Both the position numbers and the translations under genes were made by a program. A model generated the notes under the pieces. It did no database searches. It worked only from the letters and a program-made list of their open reading frames with translations, and had not been told where the DNA came from. Below are positions 38,725 to 48,127 of a stretch of 64,000 nucleotides of DNA, piece after piece (the first letter of the stretch is position 1; the number at the start of each line of letters is the position of its first letter). This DNA comes from Gammaproteobacteria bacterium (GTDB lineage: Bacteria; Pseudomonadota; Gammaproteobacteria; UBA4575). The DNA lies in assembly GCA_965221955.1 (NCBI GenBank), contig CBDCTA010000022.1, forward strand, positions 96,001 to 160,000, given 5' to 3'.

Positions 38725-40287
38725 CTAAAAAAACCACAAGGCAGCAACCACACCAGCAAACCCTAGTGCCAGTGCATACAACAAGTTTCGGTTAGATTTT
38801 TTAATTTCTTTCCGCAGTTCAATAAGCTCTTGGCTATGCATTTCAAGTTTAGTTTGTCCCTTTTCGAAAGTTTTCATAGTGGAATACACTAGATCCGGAA
38901 TTTCTGGTAAGCGTTCTGCTAAACGAGGAAGTTGTTTACGAATTCCAGAAGCAAGTGCGCGAACACCTACCTGCTCACTCATCCATCGATCTAAAAATGG
39001 CTTAGCCGTTTTCCAAAGATCTAAATCAGGGTCTAAGGTTCGGCCTAAGCCTTCGATGTTCAACAGTGTTTTTTGTAGTAATACAAGTTGCGGTTGCACT
39101 TCCATATCAAAGCGTCGCGCGGTTTGGAATAAACGCAACAATAAACTACCAAATGAAATTTCACTTAATGGTCGTTGGAAAATAGGTTCACAAACGGTTC
39201 GAATCGCAGATTCAAATTGATCCACCCTTGTATAGGATGGCACCCAACCTGACTCTAAGTGCAATTCTGCAACACGGCGATAATCACGATTCAGAAACGC
39301 TAAAAGATTCTCTGCAAGGTAGCGTTGGTCTGAAGGCGATAAAGTGCCCATGATGCCAAAATCAACACCCACATATTTAGGATCTTCCGGGTTTTCAAAA
39401 GACACAAATATATTTCCCGGATGCATGTCTGCATGAAAAAAATTATGGCTAAACACTTGAGTGAAAAAGATATGACTGCCACGATCTGACAGTTTCTTTA
39501 AATTCACGCCATGTTTACGCAATGCATCAATATCATTGACCGGAATACCATAAATACGTTCTTGCACCATGACATTGCGTGTGCATAAATCAAAATACAC
39601 TTCCGGCACATACAAGTCAGTAGAGTTTTCAAAATTCCTGCGCAGCTGGCTCGCGTTAGAAGCTTCACGCATCAAATCCAATTCATCCATGATGATTTGT
39701 TCGTACTCATCTACGACTTCTTTAGGACGCAAACGTCGACCGTCTTCCCAATAACGATGCGCAATGGATGCCAAAGCATGCATGAGCTCTAAGTCTTTAC
39801 GTACTTGCTTTTGCACACCTGGTCGCAAGACTTTCACCACCACATCGGTACCGTCATGTAATTTGGCAGTGTGTACTTGAGCAATAGAGGCCGAAGCCAA
39901 TGGCTCCACACTAAATTCAGCAAAGGTTTCGCTTACCGGCTCTTTAAATGCTTTTTCGATGATCTCGCGTGCAACTTCACCAGAGAAAGGTGGAACACGA
40001 TCTTGTAACAAGGCTAATTCATTGGCGATATCCTCAGGTAATAAATCACGCCGTGTAGAAAGTGCCTGCCCAAACTTTACAAAGATGGGGCCTAAGTCTT
40101 CAAGTGCGCGACGAATGCGCGCTCCGTGGCTAGTTTCAAGCTTTCTAAACCAGTGCCAGGGTAATAAATACAATAAGAAACGAATCGGACGGAAAAACGG
40201 GACTGCAAGTAATACCTCTTCCAATCCATGCCGAAACAGCACGACATTAATATGCAAGATACGAAATAATAAACGTATATAACGCAT
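38725..40287 (-). CDS. ubiB: ubiquinone biosynthesis kinase-like protein UbiB
   Basis: LGPIFVKFGQ, ASASIAQVH, FFHADMHPGN, DFGIMG. Confidence 0.96.
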   Translation of the reverse strand: MRYIRLLFRILHINVVLFRHGLEEVLLAVPFFRPIRFLLYLLPWHWFRKLETSHGARIRRALEDLGPIFVKFGQALSTRRDLLPEDIANELALLQDRVPPFSGEVAREIIEKAFKEPVSETFAEFSVEPLASASIAQVHTAKLHDGTDVVVKVLRPGVQKQVRKDLELMHALASIAHRYWEDGRRLRPKEVVDEYEQIIMDELDLMREASNASQLRRNFENSTDLYVPEVYFDLCTRNVMVQERIYGIPVNDIDALRKHGVNLKKLSDRGSHIFFTQVFSHNFFHADMHPGNIFVSFENPEDPKYVGVDFGIMGTLSPSDQRYLAENLLAFLNRDYRRVAELHLESGWVPSYTRVDQFESAIRTVCEPIFQRPLSEISFGSLLLRLFQTARRFDMEVQPQLVLLQKTLLNIEGLGRTLDPDLDLWKTAKPFLDRWMSEQVGVRALASGIRKQLPRLAERLPEIPDLVYSTMKTFEKGQTKLEMHSQELIELRKEIKKSNRNLLYALALGFAGVVAALWFF

Positions 40288-40905
40288 TTAAGGTTTTGAG
40301 CTATTTTCTAAGCGTTGAATACGTGCTTCTAAGCGTTGCACATGCGCATCAAAATCATCGACATCACTCATAAAGCGATTGATTTCAACTTTAGTCGGCA
40401 AAATGCGGGATTCTTCTTGTAAGTATTCACTCACATCCATGCGAAAATTATCTACCGAACGTTTTCTATAGCTTCCAAAACGTTTTGCAAACACACCTAA
40501 CTGATAAGCGACCGAGTCTCCAACATATTTTGATGCGACTTCTTCCCAATCAATATCCACTTCTTTAAAAATACGACGTAGCTGATTGGCAAACTCTACA
40601 TCACCTTCAATTTTTAAAGAGCCATTATTTAACATCGTTTGGTAATCTGTACCTAAGCCCATTCTTACTAAGCTGATGATGCTGGATTGTATTGTTGTAG
40701 TGAATGTTTGTGTAGTCTCATCTTCATCCACTTCATGTTCACTCACCACAATGCTAGATGGCCCAGGCGTCACCACAAACTCTTTATCAATATCAGCTAA
40801 GTGTACTAATAAACATTGACCCTCATATTGATCCAATTTTGCTGCAATCTCCGGATCACTATCCAAATATTTTTGCACTGCATTATTGATGAGCTTAAGT
40901 AACAT
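40288..40905 (-). CDS. ubiJ: ubiquinone biosynthesis accessory factor UbiJ (SCP2 domain)
   Basis: IEGDVE, IDWEE, EYLQEE; between ubiE and ubiB. Confidence 0.92.
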   Translation of the reverse strand: MLLKLINNAVQKYLDSDPEIAAKLDQYEGQCLLVHLADIDKEFVVTPGPSSIVVSEHEVDEDETTQTFTTTIQSSIISLVRMGLGTDYQTMLNNGSLKIEGDVEFANQLRRIFKEVDIDWEEVASKYVGDSVAYQLGVFAKRFGSYRKRSVDNFRMDVSEYLQEESRILPTKVEINRFMSDVDDFDAHVQRLEARIQRLENSSKP

Positions 40906-40917
40906 GTTTGAATAATT

Positions 40918-41667
40918 TTAAATAGATAACTTATGGCCGCGATGAATACTAACGATGCCACCGCTTAAATTTAAATAGTCACTCTTTTCAAAACCTGCTG
41001 CCTCAAACATCGACTTTAAAGTTTCTTGGTCAGGGTGTTTGCGTATTGATTCTGCTAAGTACTGATAACTGTCTGCATCTTTAGCAATGATCTCACCTAT
41101 TTTGGGCAAAAATTTAAATGAGTAGGCATCATAGGCACTTTGCATCCATTTCTGTGGTTTGGAAAACTCCAACACCAATAACTGCCCACCTGGTTTTAGC
41201 AAATTAAAGATGGTACGCAGCGCTTTATCTTTATCAGTAAAGTTGCGTAATCCAAAAGCAATAGTGACACGATCAAAATGATTTTCTGGAAATGGCAGGT
41301 CCTCACCCATTGCTTGCACATAATGAACGTTTTTCAACAAGCCTTTATCCACCATCCGTTGGCGTCCTTCTTCTAACATCACACCGTTTGGGTCACATAA
41401 GGTCACCGAACCCTTCTCACCTAACTTGGGTACAAACAAAGCTGAGATATCTCCTGTACCTGCGGCCAAATCAAGAATTTGGAAATGAGGTCGAATATTC
41501 GCCAAATGTACAAACTGGTGCTTCCATAAACGATGTAACCCAAATGACATCACATCATTCATCACATCATAGTTGCTGGCGACCGATTCAAAGACCGCAG
41601 TAACCTTTTCCGTCTTTTCCTCAGGGCTTACATCTTGATAGCCAAAATGTGTAGATTTATTGGGCAT
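40918..41667 (-). CDS. ubiE: ubiquinone/menaquinone C-methyltransferase
   Basis: [41 protein letters not shown]. Confidence 0.97.
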   Translation of the reverse strand: MPNKSTHFGYQDVSPEEKTEKVTAVFESVASNYDVMNDVMSFGLHRLWKHQFVHLANIRPHFQILDLAAGTGDISALFVPKLGEKGSVTLCDPNGVMLEEGRQRMVDKGLLKNVHYVQAMGEDLPFPENHFDRVTIAFGLRNFTDKDKALRTIFNLLKPGGQLLVLEFSKPQKWMQSAYDAYSFKFLPKIGEIIAKDADSYQYLAESIRKHPDQETLKSMFEAAGFEKSDYLNLSGGIVSIHRGHKLSI

Positions 41668-41861
41668 ATGCGCTTAATTCTTATGGGTATTTTCTAATTT
41701 TCTTCTAAGTGCCAGTTTAAACAAAATAAGTGGCCTATGGGGATAAGATTTGATGCTGCTGGTATTAGATTGAATTTGCTAGAGTTAGGTTAAAGAAGCT
41801 CTGATTTATCCTGATATTTCGTTAAAAAATATCTGGTTGGTTTTTGAGTAAATCAATAAAT

Positions 41862-42050
41862 ATGTTTGACCTATCGAAAATTCCTGCTCTACTGATGTTG
41901 ATATGTTTCATCGGCATTGTGATGTCCATCTGGATCGCACTTGATCCCATTCGGCAAAAACAAAGAAAACCGAAATATTTTCTTTTAACGCTGATTTTTT
42001 TTGCTGCGTTTCTTCTTGCTGGATACTGGGATATGAATAATGGACTTTGA
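41862..42050 (+). CDS. small two-TM membrane protein
   Basis: ATG at 41862; two hydrophobic helices around a basic loop; start of accessory insertion. Confidence 0.55.
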   Translation: MFDLSKIPALLMLICFIGIVMSIWIALDPIRQKQRKPKYFLLTLIFFAAFLLAGYWDMNNGL

Positions 42051-42373
42051 AGCGATATTAAACCGCAAGATTAATTCTCTTTTCCCGGACATCACTATTC
42101 AACAAGAAGTTATCCAAACACTTAATACTTATGGTGTTGAAAAATACGAACAAGAACCTATTCGAGTTCGCCTCGCCATTCTAAAACTTGCTGGAGATGA
42201 TCTTGAACAAGTTAAGATCAATACCAATTATGCCAAACAAGATTTTCGTGATGTATTGTTGTGGGCCGAATATTCGCGGCAATAGAAAAAATGGTCAATA
42301 TCAGAGAGGCCAAAAAAAACAACAATTAAGAGATACCGATAGAGCTGAATATGAAGAATGGTTAAAACAATAA
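42040..42373 (+). pseudogene. disrupted hypothetical gene (DFRDVLLWAEY family)
   Basis: In-frame TAG at 42283 followed by KKWSISE, then a frameshift in an A-run (~42312) joining KKQQLRDTDRAEYEEWLKQ. Confidence 0.55.
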
Positions 42374-42474
42374 GTAGAAATCAAACAATTCTAACTTTTG
42401 CTTCGATTTGGATTCCAGCAATTATAGTTGCACTGATTGGTTACTACATCACATGGACAACTTACTTGCCTTAA
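42358..42474 (+). CDS. possible 38-aa single-TM protein
   Basis: MVKTISRNQTILTFASIWIPAIIVALIGYYITWTTYLP; overlaps the upstream gene end, weak SD. Confidence 0.3.
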   Translation: MVKTISRNQTILTFASIWIPAIIVALIGYYITWTTYLP

Positions 42475-42560
42475 TAGACTACATAATGTCGGTTGTTACC
42501 TTAGCCCAAAAACGAGGCGTTGGCTCTACTAATTAATTATAAGGTATCTAGCATGGGATC

Positions 42561-42574
42561 TTGATGCGGATCAA
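42561..42574. promoter_or_regulatory. FNR/Anr-type box
   Basis: TTGAT-GCGG-ATCAA exact consensus; left half doubles as -35 of TTGATG-N17-TACAGT. Confidence 0.75.
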
Positions 42575-42612
42575 AATCAAGAGTACAGTTTTTTATGCTT
42601 TACGGGAGAAGT

Positions 42613-42900
42613 ATGATTCAGTCCTTCACAAAAATAGTCAGTTTAATAATCTTGCTAGTAGGTATTACGGCAAGCCAAACGACTGCATTTGCTGAAACAG
42701 AATCCAATTCCCTATGTGAGTATATCAGTCTAGCAGATGCTAATAGTGATACTGATGACTCTGAATCTTTACAATCTTCGATACTTGCAACTGTCAGCGC
42801 ACGTGTCCATGCTCATCAAAACAGCACCGTTCAAATCATTACGTATTTAGTTATAAATACAGCTTTTTCCATTAGAGCACCTCCTTACCTCTATCTCTAA
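42613..42900 (+). CDS. putative RAPP-type translational arrest leader peptide with Sec signal peptide (95 aa)
   Basis: GGGAG SD, ATG 42613; signal peptide MIQSFTKIVSLIILLVGITASQTTAFA; C-terminus TAFSIRAPPYLYL. Confidence 0.78.
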   Translation: MIQSFTKIVSLIILLVGITASQTTAFAETESNSLCEYISLADANSDTDDSESLQSSILATVSARVHAHQNSTVQIITYLVINTAFSIRAPPYLYL

Positions 42901-42995
42901 AACTTCTGGTCACCTCTGGCCAAACTTGGTTTTTTATTACTTGGGTAATTACCCAAACTAAATGCTGTTATGGCATTTGGAATAATGGAGAAAGC
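42862..42995 (+). promoter_or_regulatory. SD-sequestering mRNA helix (translational attenuator)
   Basis: GCUUUUUCCAUUA (42862-42874, codons A-F-S-I-r) pairs with UAAUGGAGAAAGC (42983-42995, SD of next gene): 12 Watson-Crick pairs + 1 G.U. Confidence 0.75.
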
Positions 42996-42997
42996 AT

Positions 42998-43396
42998 ATG
43001 GAAACAAATAAATCAGAAAAACATCAACACGATATTGACTATTTCCAGTTTTTACGTGGGATATCTTCATCACCCTACTATGGTCTTGCATTAGCATTTT
43101 CAAATGTTCCTACACCTGAGAAAGATCGCCTAAAACCTGAAAATATTAAAATGATCTTTTTTGGGATATTCAGTGCGGCACTGTACTTACTTTTATTTAA
43201 ATTCCAAGCTGAGATTATTCATTTTGCAGAACTCACTCGTGAAGGAGTAAAGATAGATTTTTTAATCCCAATTGGTATTGCGTTTATATTTTCTTTTGTA
43301 CACGGAGGATTCGCGACCTACTTATGGCAATCACTCGGAATTAAAGCGAAAAATGATTTAGGTAAGGAGCAAGCATGGACGCCATACATTTCATAG
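42998..43396 (+). CDS. small two-TM membrane protein associated with TSUP transporter
   Basis: C-terminal PIGIAFIFSFVHGGFATYLWQSLGIKA; GGAG SD; overlaps the TSUP start. Confidence 0.75.
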   Translation: METNKSEKHQHDIDYFQFLRGISSSPYYGLALAFSNVPTPEKDRLKPENIKMIFFGIFSAALYLLLFKFQAEIIHFAELTREGVKIDFLIPIGIAFIFSFVHGGFATYLWQSLGIKAKNDLGKEQAWTPYIS

Positions 43397-44447
43397 ACCT
43401 CACCGCTACGAGCAGCTTTACACTTTTATTGATTGGTTTTGTAGGCGGCTTGGTAAGTGGTTTCATTGGCTCAGGTGGTGCATTTGTATTAACTCCCGCA
43501 ATGATGACCTTAGGTGCCCCAGGTATTGTCGCCGTTGCCAGCAACATGGCTCATAAGTTTCCTAAGGCTCTTGTCGCTTCCATTAAGCGTGCCAAGCTTG
43601 GTCAAGTCGATGTCAAGCTTGGATTAATAATGGGAGCTTTTGCTGAAATTGGGGTTTATGTAGGTAAAGAAATAATGACACATATTCGTGAGCAATATGG
43701 AGATATTGGTACGGATTTTTATGTTTCCATCATCTTTGTAATTACGCTTGCGATTATTGGTGGAATGATACTTCGAGATGCAAGACGCACGACAGATAGT
43801 TCTTGTACTGAACATGAAGCTACTGATAAACAAACATTAGCGAAATGGATTCAATCCATACACATACCTGGCACCATGATCTACCTGCGATCAATAGACG
43901 CAAAAGTTTCCGTTCTGATTATTGCGCCCTTAGGGTTTGCAACAGGTTTATTAGCAGCTTTTATTGCAGTAGGAGGATTCATAGGGGTCCCCGCAATGAT
44001 GTTTGTATTAGGTGTTCCAGCAATAATAGCGACTGCCACAGAATTAGTTGTAGCGTTCGTGATGGGGTTAGGTGGGAGTATGTTGTACGCGTGGGAAGGG
44101 TATGTAGACATACGACTTTCAATGTTGATTCTCGCTGGTTCTCTTTTGGCGTTCAAGTGGGTGTGATTGCTACGACCTATGTACAGGAAAGCTTTGTTAA
44201 AAAAGTGATGGCTAGCATCATGTTAATTGTCTTAGTTAGCAGACTATTAGTTATCCCTGATTATCTTTCAAGCTTAAATTTGATTAACCAACTTCCTAGC
44301 AGTTGGTCTGTTGTTTTAAATCAATTAAGCGACATTACTCTGGTATTAGCTTTGCTTGTAGGCGCAATTGCAATCATCTTCGCATCAATCTTTGGTGCGA
44401 TTGGAGTGCTACGGAAACAAAAAAGAAATAATGAATTAACTTACTGA
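43375..44447 (+). CDS. sulfite exporter TauE/SafE (TSUP) family protein, one frameshift
   Basis: GFVGGLVSGFIGSGGAFVLTP, AVASNMAHKFPKA, second repeat AVGGFIGVP; one T missing in run 44144-44147, adding it restores GSLFGVQVG and joins the 43845..44447 frame. Confidence 0.88.
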
Positions 44448-44469
44448 ATAAGTTAGAAGGATAAATAAA

Positions 44470-44544
44470 ATGCACTGGCGCAATGTATTACTTATGACAA
44501 TAATATTAGTTGCAACCCTAGTTATATTAAATTGGTTGCTATAG
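44470..44544 (+). CDS. 24-aa single-TM microprotein
   Basis: AGAAGGA SD 8 nt upstream; MHWRNVLLMTIILVATLVILNWLL. Confidence 0.5.
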   Translation: MHWRNVLLMTIILVATLVILNWLL

Positions 44545-44597
44545 GAATTAGAGGTAATTTGGAAAACTTATCATATTGATATTTGCGTAAGTGACTT

Positions 44598-44960
44598 TTA
44601 CACATTCTTGCGCTCATGCCCTGCTTCTTTTAAGCGCTCTAAATACCTCTGCCACTTTTCTTCTTGTTCGCTTCCCAACTCATATAAATAATCCCAAGAA
44701 AAAATTCCAGAATCATGATTATCGTCAAACACTAACTGCACCGCATAATTCCCAACCGGATTGATCGCATTAATATTCACATCTTCTTTACCCACTTGCA
44801 GCACTTCTTGGCCTGGGCCGTGGCCTTGCACTTCAGCAGAAGGTGAATGAGTACGCAAATATTCACAAGATAACTTGAAGTGCTTACCATTTTCATAGGT
44901 AAGTTCAAGAATACGCGTTTTTTGGTTGAGATTTATTTCTCTTGGTATGTGTTCAGCCAA
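44598..44960 (-). CDS. DUF971 / gamma-butyrobetaine hydroxylase-like N-terminal domain protein
   Basis: EYLRTHSPSAEVQGHG, PVGNYAV, FDDNHDSGIFSW; downstream of hslU. Confidence 0.92.
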   Translation of the reverse strand: MAEHIPREINLNQKTRILELTYENGKHFKLSCEYLRTHSPSAEVQGHGPGQEVLQVGKEDVNINAINPVGNYAVQLVFDDNHDSGIFSWDYLYELGSEQEEKWQRYLERLKEAGHERKNV

Positions 44961-44972
44961 AATAATTACCTT

Positions 44973-46298
44973 TTAGAGTATATATTTACTAAGGTCTTCA
45001 TCTTTCACAAGTTCACCAATATTCTTTTCCACATAGTCCGCATCAACGGTGAAGGTTTTTCCACTTTCATCCGGCGCAGTGTAAGAAATATTTTCTAACA
45101 ATCTCTCCATTACTGTATGTAAACGACGTGCACCAATATTTTCGGTCGATTCATTTACATCGTGTGCAACTTGAGCAATTTTACGTACACCATCTTCAGC
45201 AAAAGTGAGGTTTACTCCTTCAGTATCTAACAATGCGGTGTATTGTTCCGTTAAGGATGCATCGGGTTCAGTAAGAATGCGCACAAAATCATCGGTTGAA
45301 AGTGCTTTAAGCTCAACACGAATCGGTAAACGGCCCTGAAGCTCGGGAATGAGATCGGATGGTTTGGAAACATGAAACGCACCAGAAGCGATAAACAAAA
45401 TATGATCGGTTTTAACGATGCCGTATTTTGTATTTACCGTACAACCTTCCACAAGTGGGAGTAAATCGCGTTGCACGCCTTCACGTGACACATCAGCCCC
45501 ACTGGTTTGCCCGCTTTTGGCCACTTTATCGATTTCGTCTAAAAATACGATGCCGTTTTGCTCTACATTTTCGAGCGCATTCGCTTTTAGCTCTTCTTCA
45601 TTCACCAATTTATGCGCTTCTTCATCGGTCAGCGCTTTTATGGCATCTGCAATGCGCATTTTGCGAGTTTTCTTTTTACCGGTGTTTAGGTTTTGAAACA
45701 TTCCCGTTAACTGACTAGCCATTTCTTCCATTCCTGGCGGTGTCATAATTTCTACACCTACCGGTGTGGCCGCTAAATCAATTTCGATTTCGGTATCGTC
45801 TAAATCACCTTCACGTAATTTTTTACGGAATTTTTGGCGAGTTTCTTGATTGTAATCTGGTCTATCCTCTGATGGATCTACGCGGGAAGGTACAAGAATA
45901 TCTAAAATTCGTTCTTCGGCCGCTTCTTCTGCGCGAAAGCGAACTTTTTCCATTTCTGTTTCACGTGTCATTTTTACAGCAGTATCCACTAAGTCTCGAA
46001 TAATGGAATCAACTTCTTTGCCCACATAACCCACTTCAGTGAATTTAGTCGCTTCAACTTTAATAAAAGGAGCATTAGCAAGTTTAGCTAATCGCCGTGC
46101 AATTTCCGTTTTACCTACACCGGTTGGCCCTATCATGAGAATATTTTTTGGGGTTACTTCAACGCGTAATTCTTCTGGCAACTGCTGACGACGCCAACGA
46201 TTACGCAATGCAATCGCCACTGCACGTTTAGCTTCGTCTTGCCCAACAATATGTTTATCTAACTCTTGAACGATTTCTCGCGGTGTCATGTTTGACAT
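44973..46298 (-). CDS. hslU: ATP-dependent protease ATPase subunit HslU
   Basis: [39 protein letters not shown]. Confidence 0.98.
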   Translation of the reverse strand: MSNMTPREIVQELDKHIVGQDEAKRAVAIALRNRWRRQQLPEELRVEVTPKNILMIGPTGVGKTEIARRLAKLANAPFIKVEATKFTEVGYVGKEVDSIIRDLVDTAVKMTRETEMEKVRFRAEEAAEERILDILVPSRVDPSEDRPDYNQETRQKFRKKLREGDLDDTEIEIDLAATPVGVEIMTPPGMEEMASQLTGMFQNLNTGKKKTRKMRIADAIKALTDEEAHKLVNEEELKANALENVEQNGIVFLDEIDKVAKSGQTSGADVSREGVQRDLLPLVEGCTVNTKYGIVKTDHILFIASGAFHVSKPSDLIPELQGRLPIRVELKALSTDDFVRILTEPDASLTEQYTALLDTEGVNLTFAEDGVRKIAQVAHDVNESTENIGARRLHTVMERLLENISYTAPDESGKTFTVDADYVEKNIGELVKDEDLSKYIL

Positions 46299-46340
46299 AT
46301 AAAAAACTACTTCCTAAATGTTTTTATACTTCTGGATAAT

Positions 46341-46874
46341 TTATAACTCTTCGATACTGATATTTGAATTAGTATAAATACAAATATTCGCAGCAATATT
46401 TAATGACTTCTCTACAATTTCTTTGGCACTAAGTTCTGTATTTTCAAACAGGGCTCTTGCGGCTGCTTGCGCAAAGGGCCCACCAGAGCCAATTGCAACC
46501 AGTGAATCTTCTGGTTCGATAACATCTCCATTACCGGAAATAATCAGCGAAGTTTCTTTATCAGCCACTGCAAGTAAAGCTTCTAAACGGCGTAACATAC
46601 GGTCGGTGCGCCAATCTTTAGCGAGCTCCACTGCGGCACGGGTCAGTTGTCCATTGTGTTGTTCGAGTTTAGTTTCAAAGCGTTCAAACAATGTGAATGC
46701 ATCCGCAGTACCGCCCGCAAAACCTGCGATGACTTTGTCGTTATAAAGTCGTCGAATTTTACGTGCGTTGCCCTTCATGATGGTGTTACCAAGTGAAACT
46801 TGGCCATCGCCACCGAGTGCTACATTGCCATTGCGACGCATCGAGACAATCGTAGTGCCTTTGAATTGTTCCAT
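46341..46874 (-). CDS. hslV: ATP-dependent protease peptidase subunit HslV
   Basis: [28 protein letters not shown]. Confidence 0.98.
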   Translation of the reverse strand: MEQFKGTTIVSMRRNGNVALGGDGQVSLGNTIMKGNARKIRRLYNDKVIAGFAGGTADAFTLFERFETKLEQHNGQLTRAAVELAKDWRTDRMLRRLEALLAVADKETSLIISGNGDVIEPEDSLVAIGSGGPFAQAAARALFENTELSAKEIVEKSLNIAANICIYTNSNISIEEL

Positions 46875-46920
46875 AGATTAAATTTGATGAATTAGAGGAG
46901 AGATATTTTCATGTATTTAA

Positions 46921-46950
46921 CATTAGGACGCTATAACCCTTTTTCAAGGG
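46921..46950 (-). promoter_or_regulatory. putative sigma32 promoter for hslVU
   Basis: Minus strand CCCTTGAA-N14-TCCTAAT; good -35, degenerate -10. Confidence 0.5.
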
Positions 46951-46990
46951 CAGAGACTCAATCTAAGCAAAACAGGAACGAATGTGCGGT

Positions 46991-47971
46991 TTATTCGTCT
47001 TTGGTGAAACTGGAATCAATAAAGTCTGTTTGTGGTTCTGACGGTTGGGTTTTTTTCGCTCGAGGATGAGCTTGATCATAGACTTGTGCGAGATGTTGAA
47101 AATCAAGGTGGGTATACACTTGCGTGGTACTAATATCTGCATGACCTAACATTTCTTGTACCGCACGCAAATCACCACTAGATTCCAGTAAATGGCTGGC
47201 AAAGGAATGCCTCAACATATGTGGATGCACGTGTTTGTCGATACCTTGCTCTCTTCCAAGCTGCGCCATACGTTGTTGTACCGCACGTGGAGACAAGCGC
47301 TTACCACGGTTGTTTACAAACACGGCTAATTCATCTTCCGTTGCAATATTGGGGCGCGCTTCCAGCCATCTCTTGAGCGCTTTGCATGCATTGGTGCCAA
47401 TAGGTAAATAACGCATCTTATTGCCTTTACCTAACACTTGAACTTGTGCCTGATGAAGATCGATTGCGTCAAGATTCAAATTCACTAACTCAGCTAATCG
47501 CAATCCGGATGAGTACATTAACTCTGTCATGGCAACATCACGCAGCTTAAGTGGGTTTTGTGGGCCTTCATTAAGTAGGCGATTAATTTCATCGACATCT
47601 AATAAATTTGGTAATTTCTTTTCAATGCTAGGCCCACTTACATCCGCTACCGGATTGTTTTCAACTAATTGTTCACGTTGTAGATAAGTATAAAAACCAC
47701 GAATCGCACTCAGGGAACGATGCAAGCTTCTTGCAGATACTCCACGACGTCGACGTGAACCTGCAAAATTGCGCACATGCAAACTATCTACATAACAGCA
47801 ATCATGCACGTTAACGGCATTAATAAATTCAAAAAATTGTTGGAGGTCTCTTTGGTAGCTATCTAAAGTAGCGGGAGAGTACCAGCGCTCATCTTTGAGA
47901 TAGCGCAAGTAACGCTGAAAAAGTTGTTGTGTAGCTTGTTGTCCTGCTTCTGGACTAGTTACTACTGCCAT
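46991..47971 (-). CDS. xerC: tyrosine recombinase XerC
   Basis: GLRLAEL, GKGNK, HMLRHSFASH, LGHADISTTQVYTH; dapF-DUF484-xerC synteny. Confidence 0.95.
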   Translation of the reverse strand: MAVVTSPEAGQQATQQLFQRYLRYLKDERWYSPATLDSYQRDLQQFFEFINAVNVHDCCYVDSLHVRNFAGSRRRRGVSARSLHRSLSAIRGFYTYLQREQLVENNPVADVSGPSIEKKLPNLLDVDEINRLLNEGPQNPLKLRDVAMTELMYSSGLRLAELVNLNLDAIDLHQAQVQVLGKGNKMRYLPIGTNACKALKRWLEARPNIATEDELAVFVNNRGKRLSPRAVQQRMAQLGREQGIDKHVHPHMLRHSFASHLLESSGDLRAVQEMLGHADISTTQVYTHLDFQHLAQVYDQAHPRAKKTQPSEPQTDFIDSSFTKDE

Positions 47972-48127
47972 AGGCTAACCTAAGGTTACAGAATTGGTTG
48001 CTAACTTAGCATTAATTCACTGTATTTGCATAACTTTAACCTTTATTTAACGGATAAAGTTAATGTATTAAGAGGTTATCGGTATTTCTTTTTAAAAAAA
48101 TATAATAAAAGCACTACCTTAATTGTT

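Noticed and set aside
42475-42530. attC-like site (…GAGGCGTTGGCT) after small ORFs in the insertion
   Set aside because: No matching RYYYAAC inverse core or paired L boxes; no integron integrase
44144-44147. Programmed frameshift or phase variation in the TSUP gene
   Set aside because: Short T4 run, no slippery heptamer; similar homopolymer errors occur in the esterase and polA
46991-47971. Tyrosine recombinase as a prophage or island integrase
   Set aside because: Sequence and dapF-DUF484-xerC-hslVU context identify housekeeping XerC
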